A stretch of 64,000 nt of DNA. It comes from Candidatus Thorarchaeota archaeon (GTDB lineage: Archaea; Asgardarchaeota; Thorarchaeia; Thorarchaeales; Thorarchaeaceae). Each line of letters opens with the position of its first letter. The stretch's first letter is position 1. Location: the NCBI GenBank assembly GCA_003345545.1, contig PRDH01000076.1, positions 1 through 64,000 on the forward strand, in the 5' to 3' direction. The translations under genes were made by a program, and so were the position numbers. The notes under the pieces are model-generated. The model ran no database searches and was not told the DNA's origin. It was given only the letters and a program-made list of their open reading frames with translations. Of the stretch, positions 1 to 9,435 are shown one piece after another.

Positions 1-445
1 CGGACTCCGCATACGATTCATCCTCATATTCGTAGAGTACAGACCAGTTTGGAACATACGAGATTGGCTCACGATCTCTGGGCTCTAGCTCAAGGTGCTC
101 TGTTTCAGCCACTGTCTTTCTGAGAGTGTAGGATTTGACACCCTCCCACCAGAGAAACGCATTGAGGTCTCTTGAGAACTCTCCCTGGTATCTCTTGCAG
201 ACTCCAGTGCAGAAGATCTTATCATCACGAATCTCGAGTGTGCATCCACACCATTTGCAGACTGCCTCTTCACCATGAGCATGAATGCGACCATTGAGCA
301 ACTGCACGAAGAGAACTGTATCATCAAGATTGCAGACGCCCCAGTCCTCATCGGTATCAAGTGTCTTGTGCCAGATCTGTCTTTTTGGTGTGGGAGGTTC
401 AGGTACAGAACTAGAAGTGCCACCTAGGTGAGCTTCTTTAAACAT
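1..445 (-). CDS. Hypothetical Zn-finger protein, partial (runs off left edge); not in supplied ORF track
   Basis: Manual translation from ATG at 445 stays open to position 1: MFKEAHLGG...VCKWCGCTLEIRDDKIFCTGVCKRYQGEF...; CxxC...CxxxC motif. Confidence 0.7.
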   Translation of the reverse strand, partial: MFKEAHLGGTSSSVPEPPTPKRQIWHKTLDTDEDWGVCNLDDTVLFVQLLNGRIHAHGEEAVCKWCGCTLEIRDDKIFCTGVCKRYQGEFSRDLNAFLWWEGVKSYTLRKTVAETEHLELEPRDREPISYVPNWSVLYEYEDESYAES

Positions 446-629
446 CGTATGGCCTGAGGCTGTTTCTTCATTGGATTCTTCGAATTCAGATAACTTCGTC
501 TGCTCTGTCCGCCTCATGAAATTGCGTATTGAAAGAGGATAGATAAACTCCTTTCATATCCTCACTAAGAAAGGAAACAGGCGTCTTGTTCTAGCGGAGG
601 CGCAATTATCGGATTGGTGTAAGTCCGTT

Positions 630-1997
630 TCAAATCTCGAGTTGAGTTTCCCCTTCCTTTTCTATTTCTTCACGTACTAAAATTCCTTCTTCAATTCTAG
701 GGTTACTACCTGTTTTCAAACCATTCCATGCATTCCGGAATGTGTCTAGGATAATCTCTCGACCGTTTTCTGCTCGTGGCGAACGAAACGCCATCATCAA
801 GAGCCATCCAAAGAATATGAGAGCTGGAACAACTTTCGAGCTATGATAGATGATTTGCCATTCTATACCCAAAGTAATCGGGTGGACTCCAGAACCGAGT
901 CCTGAGAGTACCTGTACAATCGGCAACATGGGTATGCTCATCAATAGAGCTAGCGCGAAGGGTATCCACCGTTTCTTTTCACCCGGTCGGGCCCGGAACC
1001 AAGCCAGCACCAAAAACGGCAGAAGAAAAGTATAGTGATGTTCCCAAACGTCTAGCATTATGAAGAAGTAGGATGTAGAGAACAACCCGGCACATGACCA
1101 CACATCTCGGGAGTACAAGGTAGCGCAAGTCGCCAAACCAAAGAAGATCCCAATAAGCAGGCCAGTAATGACTCTAAAATCGGTTCCAGGCTCCCCGAGT
1201 ACGTAATAGAGTAGCATTTTCAATGAATGGTCCCCAATGTAGGGTGTGACGTAAGTTGCACGGGCAGCATTGAAATCGAGAAAGAATCTGAGAGCCTCCA
1301 AACCTGCCGGCACTGCTACAATCGCTAGCACAGTCACCATGACCGCCACCAGCACTGTCCGGACCCTTCCCGCTGCCAAGAGTACAGGTGCAATAAAGTA
1401 GGGGATTACTTTAGTAAGCGAACCCGCTATCCAGAAGATTGTCATTGTCCCTCTTTCTTTCCGACCGTCAACAAGTGAATGTGTGGTAAGTGCAAAAAAC
1501 ACAAAGACTGCGGCCATAAGGGTCACTTGGCCCACAAAGAGCTCAATGTATATCGGGGAGAACATGAACCAAATACCCATTCCTATGTACCCCTCCCAAT
1601 TTGGTCTATTCAGTGCCTTGGCAAGTGAACGAGTCCGCAAGGCAGCCAGCCACACAAATCCGACGAGCAATGCCACCCAAAGCCAATAGGCAGTAATAGG
1701 GGGTGCCAGATTTACAACGACCCCGAAAGTATATGCAAAGTAGGGGAGGTATCTATAGGGGTACAGGTAGGGGACGGCCAACGGGTCCGGTATGGTATAG
1801 CAGCCAATCCCATTCAGAATATTATGGCCAGCCTGATAATAGGAGAAGAAGTCCGCTGCTTGACCAACTAAGTATCTCGTGTCATAGAAGAGGAAGTTTA
1901 GTGTCCCGGTCCACAGTGAAAACACGAATTGTATTTGGATGGTTATGGCAATCGTCAGAAAGACCAGACTCGTCCATTTCCACAGCCATCCTTTCAT
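630..1997 (-). CDS. GT-C fold membrane glycosyltransferase (GT87/DUF2029-like)
   Basis: Multi-TM protein with DFFSYYQAG, YxYxP, GQV and WEHHY motifs typical of GT87. Confidence 0.75.
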   Translation of the reverse strand: MKGWLWKWTSLVFLTIAITIQIQFVFSLWTGTLNFLFYDTRYLVGQAADFFSYYQAGHNILNGIGCYTIPDPLAVPYLYPYRYLPYFAYTFGVVVNLAPPITAYWLWVALLVGFVWLAALRTRSLAKALNRPNWEGYIGMGIWFMFSPIYIELFVGQVTLMAAVFVFFALTTHSLVDGRKERGTMTIFWIAGSLTKVIPYFIAPVLLAAGRVRTVLVAVMVTVLAIVAVPAGLEALRFFLDFNAARATYVTPYIGDHSLKMLLYYVLGEPGTDFRVITGLLIGIFFGLATCATLYSRDVWSCAGLFSTSYFFIMLDVWEHHYTFLLPFLVLAWFRARPGEKKRWIPFALALLMSIPMLPIVQVLSGLGSGVHPITLGIEWQIIYHSSKVVPALIFFGWLLMMAFRSPRAENGREIILDTFRNAWNGLKTGSNPRIEEGILVREEIEKEGETQLEI

Positions 1998-2153
1998 GGG
2001 CGGAGCAGAGCCCTCATTTCTTAAGAGGTTTGCTCACTCCTGAGACAATAATAGCATCCTCTCGAAGTATGTGCCAGATATTTCAGCGTGACCTCAACAG
2101 CCAAGACAAAGGCCTTGGTAGTATAGAAAGGTAAACTCTCTAATCCATAGCCT

Positions 2154-2843
2154 CTAGACAGGGGCTTGAGATCTTGTGCATTCAATGATAGAAAACTGCT
2201 TGCCGCAGTTCTGACAAGTCACTACTCTCTCTTTCTCTGCGCCAAGTCCATAGTAGTATCGTGCCATGCAGTGAGGGCACTGATGACTATGTTCAACAAA
2301 ATCGGTGGGCATTACTGGTTCTCTATCCAGATGAGGAAAGACAGCTGTCTTTGCTCCTATGATCCCAAGCAGAAGTATGTAGATTGGAATCGCAACCAAA
2401 AAAATGATAGCTACTTCTATGGCCGATGGCACCCAATGCCACCCAGGAGGAATTGCGAAAATCAAACCAACAGGGAGGAAGGCTGTATTGAAGAGCATGA
2501 ATATAAGAAATCCATCTCTCATTCCTGTCCCTATATTCTTCTCACAATCAATACCCCAGAATCTCTCTGCAAGCGCTTGATTCATACCTCCTGTAAGCGC
2601 GAATATCATCGCGTAAAAAGCTGCGCCAACCAATGAGGAAGTAAGAACCATGTAAGCTAGATATAAAGAGCCCATGCCTATCAATATCATACCTACTGAA
2701 CCAACGAGTACCACTGCACCCAGAATCAAACCGTGCAGGAAGTACCTTCCAAGCATGCGGATAACCGAAGACGAGTTTGTCGAGTTCTCCACTATCTCCA
2801 ACCAAGAATACACTCTCTCTAGGCAAGACAAGGTAATCGACAC
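2154..2843 (-). CDS. Membrane protein with C-terminal Zn ribbon
   Basis: About 4 hydrophobic segments, then CPHC...CQNC; true start may be later (MLGRYF). Confidence 0.7.
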   Translation of the reverse strand: MSITLSCLERVYSWLEIVENSTNSSSVIRMLGRYFLHGLILGAVVLVGSVGMILIGMGSLYLAYMVLTSSLVGAAFYAMIFALTGGMNQALAERFWGIDCEKNIGTGMRDGFLIFMLFNTAFLPVGLIFAIPPGWHWVPSAIEVAIIFLVAIPIYILLLGIIGAKTAVFPHLDREPVMPTDFVEHSHQCPHCMARYYYGLGAEKERVVTCQNCGKQFSIIECTRSQAPV

Positions 2844-2985
2844 CTGGAACTGCGTGACTAGTATTGTGTTGAGATGAAGTGGCCATTAATGTTCCCGGAC
2901 ACCACGGGATTGCAGGTATCATGCCTTGACCGGAGTGATGAACGAACGATTTATGGCGGATTCGTCGTCTTTCCTTTTTGACGAC

Positions 2986-3822
2986 TTACTTAGGCGGCAA
3001 ATGCAGAACTTTTCCCAGATAGAGACTTGTGGCCACTTGAAAATCCATCCCGAATTCTTCATGAATACGGTTGAGCATCTCATGCCAGATGGGCGCGAGA
3101 GCCCTCGCTCTACGTCGAGCATCCTCTACTGAAATCTCTCGAATCAGCATTGCATCCCTCAGGGCATCAACATGATTCTTGGGAAGCCATGTGAGTTGGC
3201 TGATGTTGTAGATCCTCCATTTGGGTGCGGGCAGAAAAGAGCGATTCAGAGTGTAGAGTAGTTCAACGATCGACTCTAGCGTGTAGACCACTGCATACTG
3301 AGCTGATGCAGAATCACCTCTGTCAGACCACAGATCAATCATTGATGGCACATGCTCTTTCTCAGGGAAGCAGTACCAAGAGATGTAAATCATCGATTTC
3401 GCAATTCGAAGTTGCCACTCTTCCTCTGCCACTGCTAACTTCTCTTTGAGAAGCTCGGAGAGTCCACCATGCCTGTCAAATACAACCATGCCGTTTGACA
3501 AGTCCCACTTCAGGTACTCACCCCAATCTTGTTGTATGTACTCATCTAGAACATGAACCTCAATGTCGGTCTCGAGAGAGAATCGAGCATCAATCTCCCC
3601 AGCAAGCAGCCGAACTGAGGAACGGACAGATGCATCCTCGTGGTCGAGGAATATCATTACATCGACATCCGAGTACTTGTCTGCGAAACCTCTTACGATA
3701 CCTCCAGTAAAGAGGGCGCCGACGACAGACTTGTGTTTGGAAAGCCTCTTGACAATCTCGGCACCAGCATCCTTGAACACACCGATTAGGTTTTCGCCTT
3801 TCATCTCTATCAATTGAAGCAT
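2986..3822 (-). CDS. Pol-beta-type nucleotidyltransferase domain protein (DUF4037-like C-terminus)
   Basis: GGIVRGFADKYSDVDV NTase motif; C-terminal LNRSFLPAPKW. Confidence 0.75.
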   Translation of the reverse strand: MLQLIEMKGENLIGVFKDAGAEIVKRLSKHKSVVGALFTGGIVRGFADKYSDVDVMIFLDHEDASVRSSVRLLAGEIDARFSLETDIEVHVLDEYIQQDWGEYLKWDLSNGMVVFDRHGGLSELLKEKLAVAEEEWQLRIAKSMIYISWYCFPEKEHVPSMIDLWSDRGDSASAQYAVVYTLESIVELLYTLNRSFLPAPKWRIYNISQLTWLPKNHVDALRDAMLIREISVEDARRRARALAPIWHEMLNRIHEEFGMDFQVATSLYLGKVLHLPPK

Positions 3823-4005
3823 CTCTGTCGAGTGGATCCAAAAACTTTGAAAAAAGGAGGATTCGTGCTCTCTTAATTGATTTCCTCTCTCCTTACTATC
3901 CGCCTATCTCGTTCCACGAATAGCTCAGAAACCCGTCAGATACTGCATCTGGCCTGAATTCGCAATCTGTGCTGGGATGCATCTAGAGTCATCACGTGGG
4001 TCAGA

Positions 4006-4126
4006 GGTGAGAAGAATGGGAGAGGTCGGGCTAATTGGCTATTCCAAGCCATTCAGTCCGACCCTTTCGCTTGGTTGTGCATTGAGGCTTGCTTAATTCC
4101 CGGTGCACACATCTCCCAAGCTCACC
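4006..4126. ncRNA. Candidate structured RNA (three-way junction), family unknown
   Basis: Five nested complementary helices in intergenic DNA (see findings). Confidence 0.45.
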
Positions 4127-4154
4127 CATGGAGAGTCCGTTCTGATTCTGCGTC

Positions 4155-5486
4155 TTACGGGAAGATACCCCTCAGTTCGATGACTTTCGCTATCTTCTCG
4201 ACTGCGAGAGCCATTGCAGCAGTTCTCAGGTCCTTTACGTTGTATTTGTCTTTCGATGCACGGACCTCTTCGAATGATCGGCTCATAATCCTCTTCAGCC
4301 TGTCGTTTACTTCCTGCTCATCCCAGAAGAGGCTCTGAGTCCCCTGCACCCATTCGAAGTAGGAGACTGTCACTCCTCCGGCATTCGCCAGAATATCAGG
4401 GATGACCATGATGCCCTTCTCATTCAATACTTCATCAGCATCAGGAGTAGTTGGCCCGTTCGCACCCTCCACAATCAGTGAGGCCTTCACGTTGTCAGCA
4501 TTCTTCTCAGTGATTTGGTTCTCAAGAGCGCATGGTGCAAGAACATCGACGTCGAGCTCAAGGAGCTCCTTATTGGTAATGGTTTCAGCATCTGGGAATC
4601 CTTCCACAGAACGTTTTGGATGCGAGGACGCATATGTCAGGAGCTTTGGTATGTCAAGACCACCAGAATCATAGACTCCTCCGAAAGCATCAGCCACGGC
4701 CACGATTCTGTAGCCGCTCTCATGGGCAATTTTGGCGAAATTGCTGGCGACATTACCAAAACCCTGCACAGCAAGTTTGAGATCCGACTTGTTCTTTCTT
4801 CTTGTTTTAAGAGCCTCGTCCATTACTATGAAAACTCCTCTGCCCGTCGCTTCGACTCTACCCGCACTACCACCGATTTCCAGAGGCTTGCCTGTTACAA
4901 CGCCAAGCTCAGTATGACCGATCATCATAGAGTATGTATCGAGCATCCAAGACATAACTTCAGGGTTTGTGTTCATGTCAGGCGCGGGGATGTCGATTTC
5001 GGGGCCAATTAGACCCATTAAGCTGTATGTGAACCGCCTCGTGACACGCATCAATTCACTCTTGCTCAACTTCCAAGGATCACAGACAACACCTCCCTTT
5101 GCACCACCGTAGGGTAGATTCACTACTGCTGTCTTGAAGGTCATCAACGCAGCTAAAGCCTTTACCTCATCCAAGCTGATTGTCGGCGAGTATCTCACGC
5201 CACCCTTGTATGGACCGCGGTGGTTCGAGTGCTGCACTCTATAACCCTCAAACATTTCCACGCTCCCATCGTCCATCTTGACAGGGAAGTTCGTTATTAC
5301 TGTCTTCTCAGGCTTCTCGATTATCTTCGTAATGTTCGGATCGAGCTTCATAATCTCGGCCGTGTGGCGAAGTTGTGTCAAAACATTCTCCCATGGATTC
5401 TCATGAGGTATCATATGCATCTCCATTTGCCCGCCACCGTCCATGCTCTTAAGAACTTCGCTATACATAGAGCGTGGTCCATTCAA
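4155..5486 (-). CDS. gdhA: Glutamate dehydrogenase (Glu/Leu/Phe/Val DH family)
   Basis: GPYKGGVRY, GGAKGG, DIPAPD, VQGFGNV, EGANGP, LANAGGVTVSYFEW; start may be ~5426-5444. Confidence 0.95.
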   Translation of the reverse strand: MNGPRSMYSEVLKSMDGGGQMEMHMIPHENPWENVLTQLRHTAEIMKLDPNITKIIEKPEKTVITNFPVKMDDGSVEMFEGYRVQHSNHRGPYKGGVRYSPTISLDEVKALAALMTFKTAVVNLPYGGAKGGVVCDPWKLSKSELMRVTRRFTYSLMGLIGPEIDIPAPDMNTNPEVMSWMLDTYSMMIGHTELGVVTGKPLEIGGSAGRVEATGRGVFIVMDEALKTRRKNKSDLKLAVQGFGNVASNFAKIAHESGYRIVAVADAFGGVYDSGGLDIPKLLTYASSHPKRSVEGFPDAETITNKELLELDVDVLAPCALENQITEKNADNVKASLIVEGANGPTTPDADEVLNEKGIMVIPDILANAGGVTVSYFEWVQGTQSLFWDEQEVNDRLKRIMSRSFEEVRASKDKYNVKDLRTAAMALAVEKIAKVIELRGIFP

Positions 5487-5696
5487 CTCTTTCGTTCAGG
5501 ATTCTGCTTGGCTGCTTCTTGCTGATTGCGCCTATGGTTGCTCATCATCTTCGACCTTCAGCAAAGCTCTGCAAGTGAAACGACCTGCTGATGATTGGAG
5601 AGTCCTGAAGCCAGGAAGAAATGGCACGCAATGCAAATGAAAAGAATAGTAGAGGTGATTCGCCGCAGTTGATATTGACCTTATTGGAGGGAAATC

Positions 5697-5929
5697 ATGA
5701 CTGAGAATGCCATTGAATCATTGAGAGAGAGAATGAGAAGGATGTGGATCGCTATTGGATTGCTCTTTGTAATGAATGCAGCTTTATCCTTGATGCTGGC
5801 GAATCTGGTAGCCGAACATTTGGATATCTTCATTGACTTCTTCAACGTCGCATTCGTGCCCCTGGGGTTCTCTTGGTTGGAACAATGTTGGCGTTCGGAC
5901 TCATAATCCTCATTCTTTCACTGGAATGA
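5697..5929 (+). pseudogene. Small 2-TM membrane protein with apparent 1-nt frameshift
   Basis: GGAGG upstream of ATG; adding one G in the GGGG run near 5864-5867 gives ...VPLGVLLVGTMLAFGLIILILSLE*. Confidence 0.5.
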
Positions 5930-5971
5930 AAAGGAAGAGCCGTGTGACACATCCTAGTGTTCTGCCTAGCT

Positions 5972-6454
5972 TCAGGCGTTTTCTCCCAAGAACATCAGGT
6001 AATCAGTGCCAGGGACATCATAGCCTAGATTGCTCAAAACCATAGCGAGTTGTCCACGATGGTGCGTCGTATGAATCAAATACTGGAGAAAGAAATCTAC
6101 AAGGTCGACTTCGAATGGCGCATCCGTAATATGTGTCACAGCAATCTTTCCTTGAGGTATCTCCTCAATTGCCTGACTCAGTCTTGTATCCAAGACCTCC
6201 CAGCGCTGGAGAAGCTCTTGCCGAGGCAATCTTTTGGCGCGCTCAAAGACTGCGTCGTCCTTCCGATTATCAATATAAAAGAAGCAGGTTTCCAGAGCTA
6301 GTACAATGTGCTGGACAAGATCCTTTGGGCTTCGACCGCCCACTTCCTTCTGAAAGGTTTCAGCATCAACATCTCTGAGAAGTTCTCGCATCTTCCAACC
6401 TGCCCAAAGATGGTAATCAGCGATGTTCTTGAAGACCAAAGGACTCGACCTCAA
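5972..6454 (-). CDS. DinB family protein
   Basis: YHLWA, LVQHI and HTTHHRGQL...G..VPGTD DinB signature. Confidence 0.9.
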   Translation of the reverse strand: MRSSPLVFKNIADYHLWAGWKMRELLRDVDAETFQKEVGGRSPKDLVQHIVLALETCFFYIDNRKDDAVFERAKRLPRQELLQRWEVLDTRLSQAIEEIPQGKIAVTHITDAPFEVDLVDFFLQYLIHTTHHRGQLAMVLSNLGYDVPGTDYLMFLGENA

Positions 6455-6553
6455 AAATCCAATATACTTCGTGCCGTATTAGTCTGCCGAGAAATGGACA
6501 TTGGAAACTCGGCCGTCGGTTGATTCCTCTCATTAGGAACATACTTGATGCTG

Positions 6554-7531
6554 CTAACTGGACAACTCATCAAGAAGTCCCAGCATCCACTTATCTAGGG
6601 GTTTCTTCTTCGTCCATGTGTCCTCAAATGGTGTCAATTTGAGCCTGCCGTTCACCTCGCCAACCATGCCTCCTTGTTTTCCGCTCAAGAGACACTCAAT
6701 GGCAAATGCTCCGAGACGAGTGGCCAGAATTCTATCAAAATGGCTAGGGTTTCCTCCCCTCTGAATATAGCCAAGAACTGATACTCTGCACTTCTCTCCA
6801 ATCTTCTCAGATAGTGCTTTTCCAATGGAGTCAGCATTTCCCAACTCATCGCCTTCCGCGACAACCACAAGAACACTCGACTTTGCTCTCTCCTTTGCCC
6901 TAATGACTTTCTCTGCAAGTTCCTCTATGGTTGTCTTGGTCTCCGGCATGAGTATTGCTGACGCACCTGTCGCAACGCCCACGTGAAAAGCGATAAATCC
7001 TGCGCGACGTCCCATCACTTCAACAAGAAAGACACGGCTGAATGCTTCAGCTGTATCTCGAATCTTGTCTAAGGCGTCCAGAGCATTATTGACCGCTGTG
7101 TCAAATCCGATAGTATAGTCAGTTCCGTAGAGGTCGTTATCAATAGTTCCAGGTAGACCAATCAATCTTCCCTGCCAGTGTTCACCGAGTTCAGCGAGAC
7201 CACGCATAGTACCGTCTCCGCCGATGGCGATCAGTGCATCAAGACCATGTTCGGAAAGTATCCTGGCAGCTTTTTCTAGTCCCTCCTCCGTCTTGAAGTC
7301 CTCAGATCTACCAGTCGTAAGGATTGTGCCACCCCTATGCAATATTCGGGAAACGGATCGAGAGTTCAGTTCGTGAATCTGCTCATTGAGAATTCCCTGA
7401 AACCCACCATATATACCATAGATCTCGCAGTGCCGAGAGACTCCAACTCTTGTGACTGCACGAATTGCGGCATTCATTGCGGGGGCATCGCCGCCACTTG
7501 TGAGGACTCCTATTCTCATAGTCACTCGCAT
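6554..7531 (-). CDS. pfkA: ATP-dependent 6-phosphofructokinase (bacterial PfkA type)
   Basis: TSGGDAPAMNAAIR, GGDGT, PGTIDND, EVMGR, LGYIQRGG. Confidence 0.93.
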   Translation of the reverse strand: MRVTMRIGVLTSGGDAPAMNAAIRAVTRVGVSRHCEIYGIYGGFQGILNEQIHELNSRSVSRILHRGGTILTTGRSEDFKTEEGLEKAARILSEHGLDALIAIGGDGTMRGLAELGEHWQGRLIGLPGTIDNDLYGTDYTIGFDTAVNNALDALDKIRDTAEAFSRVFLVEVMGRRAGFIAFHVGVATGASAILMPETKTTIEELAEKVIRAKERAKSSVLVVVAEGDELGNADSIGKALSEKIGEKCRVSVLGYIQRGGNPSHFDRILATRLGAFAIECLLSGKQGGMVGEVNGRLKLTPFEDTWTKKKPLDKWMLGLLDELSS

Positions 7532-7712
7532 GACGCTTCAGGTAAATAAGTTCGACCTTAGATAGAGGCCAGATGTTCAAGAACACAGAACCATCTCAGA
7601 CGAGATGTGAGCGTACTGCTGGCAGAGCAGGGCTTATTCGCAATTACTAACAGCAGGCTGGCCAAGAGCCGATTCAATGCATCTCGACAATGAGCAAACG
7701 GGTATTCCCGAA

Positions 7713-8678
7713 TTAGACTAGGTTCATCCTTCTGAGTATGAATAAAAGAGGCAGGGAAATTGCAAAGCTCACTCCCATCACGATTACAAATGCAAAGGGA
7801 TTCTCCTGAAATGGAAGCCCCACATTCATCCCATAAACACTCGCGATTAGTGTAGGCACGCTCACTAGTAATGAGATGGATGTGAGCGTCTTGATAGCTC
7901 TATTCAGATTATGACCGACCATACTATCGTAGGCATTCATTGCGTTGTCTATCAGCTCACGATAGATAGCACTCAATTCTGTCTGCTGTTGAAGGTCGAC
8001 CTCCAGTTCTTCAAGTCGATCGACATCAAGCATCAATTTCCCCAGGACATGTGTCTGCTCAAGCCTCTGAAGGACTTTCATGTTGGACCTTAGAGCAGCT
8101 TCAATAAAAATGGCATCTCGAGATAGCTGGAAGAACCACTCCAATTGCGAGGGATACATTTCACGCATGATGACATCTTCAGTTTCGTTAATAGTTGTCT
8201 CGATGATATCAAGTGTGCTTTCAAATGCGTGGATGATGATTTCCCACCACCTATAGATTATGTCTGCTGCTGTAGTGCTCAGATGGACTTTTTGGCGTAC
8301 TTTGGGTTTTCGCATAGGAATGTCTTCATTTTGAATGATTATGATATCACGGCCGTTCGTGAACACTGCAGTCGGGATTGTTGAATACTGACGATCCTTT
8401 ACTCTCAGGTCCACAGGCACACGTAGCAAAATGATTGTATAGTTGTCTTCTATCTGGAGACGAGAACGTTCATCAAGGTCCTGTACATCCTGAAGATCTT
8501 CAATATCAATGCGGAAGCGCTGGGACAATTTTGCCAAATCCGTGGGTCGAATACCAAGGAGCTCTATGAGGAGGGCTACATCCGGCGCCTCATCAAGGGT
8601 TTCATACTTTACCCCACTCTCCAATGCCATGATGGAGATGCTTCCATTCTCGGGACTTTCGCTGTTCATGCGATCCAC
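7713..8678 (-). CDS. corA: CorA family Mg2+/Co2+ transporter
   Basis: PTLIASVYGMNV (GMN motif) and two C-terminal TMs. Confidence 0.9.
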   Translation of the reverse strand: MDRMNSESPENGSISIMALESGVKYETLDEAPDVALLIELLGIRPTDLAKLSQRFRIDIEDLQDVQDLDERSRLQIEDNYTIILLRVPVDLRVKDRQYSTIPTAVFTNGRDIIIIQNEDIPMRKPKVRQKVHLSTTAADIIYRWWEIIIHAFESTLDIIETTINETEDVIMREMYPSQLEWFFQLSRDAIFIEAALRSNMKVLQRLEQTHVLGKLMLDVDRLEELEVDLQQQTELSAIYRELIDNAMNAYDSMVGHNLNRAIKTLTSISLLVSVPTLIASVYGMNVGLPFQENPFAFVIVMGVSFAISLPLLFILRRMNLV

Positions 8679-8962
8679 CTCGAAATAGCGGATGTGGTTC
8701 GTACATTGATGGTTGCCTGCCTAGAATACAGTCCTCAATAGAGAGAACATGGTATACAGCTGGGCTGTAGGAGTCACAAGGCCTTTGGGGGAAAAACTGC
8801 TCCTCTTATAGGGTTTTGCAATGGTGTGAAAACCCCGACTCAAAGCGAATGGCGACTTCCTACTGGCTCCAGTTCAATTGTGCGACAATTCCTTGGCGTT
8901 CCCAGACAGATTGGCAATACCTATTGGTCATCAAGAAGAGACTCGAGCGGAGGGCCATAATA

Positions 8963-9382
8963 ATGCAGAGTAGTCGCAGGCCCGGTTATGCTGTGGGGAT
9001 ATGTTTCATGTTTTTTTGGGTTTGTGGAGTGTCATGGATAGGAATCATGGCTGTACAATCCGGAGCACCACTCTTCTTTGCCTTTGCTGCATTTGGAATG
9101 GCGGTACTCGGCATAATGGCCATTGTATCATTTGTCAGACAAATACATGCACCTCAGGAATTGCCTCTTGTCACGAGACACACTACGTATTCAGGAGCCT
9201 CCCCTACTGAGTATGTTCTCAGTCAGACACAAGGTCGGAAAATAGTCTACCAAGTTCCATCACGATGTCCGTTCTGTGGAGCTCCGATAAGCAACGAAGA
9301 AGTAGATTGGGTCGGTCCCTTGCAGGCCAAGTGTCCAAGTTGCATGAGTACAATAAACGTCGAGGAGCGAGGTTTCCAGTAG
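8963..9382 (+). CDS. 2-TM membrane protein with C-terminal Zn ribbon
   Basis: GGAGG before ATG 8963; two TMs, then CPFC...CPSC. Confidence 0.7.
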   Translation: MQSSRRPGYAVGICFMFFWVCGVSWIGIMAVQSGAPLFFAFAAFGMAVLGIMAIVSFVRQIHAPQELPLVTRHTTYSGASPTEYVLSQTQGRKIVYQVPSRCPFCGAPISNEEVDWVGPLQAKCPSCMSTINVEERGFQ

Positions 9383-9435
9383 GAGTTGTACTGGCATGTC
9401 CAAGATACTGAGAGAGTAGAGCGTATCCACTCCGC

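Noticed and set aside
85-423. 112-aa ORF in the track
   Set aside because: Shadow of the better overlapping frame starting at 445
2986-3822. MNT-HEPN toxin-antitoxin or CBASS cyclase
   Set aside because: No adjacent HEPN or effector gene; architecture fits stand-alone NTase/DUF4037 proteins
4006-4126. 5S rRNA, tRNA-Sec or SECIS as identity of the structured element
   Set aside because: Lacks the 5S CCGAAC loop, a T-arm/anticodon layout and the AUGA/GA quartet; gdhA has no in-frame TGA
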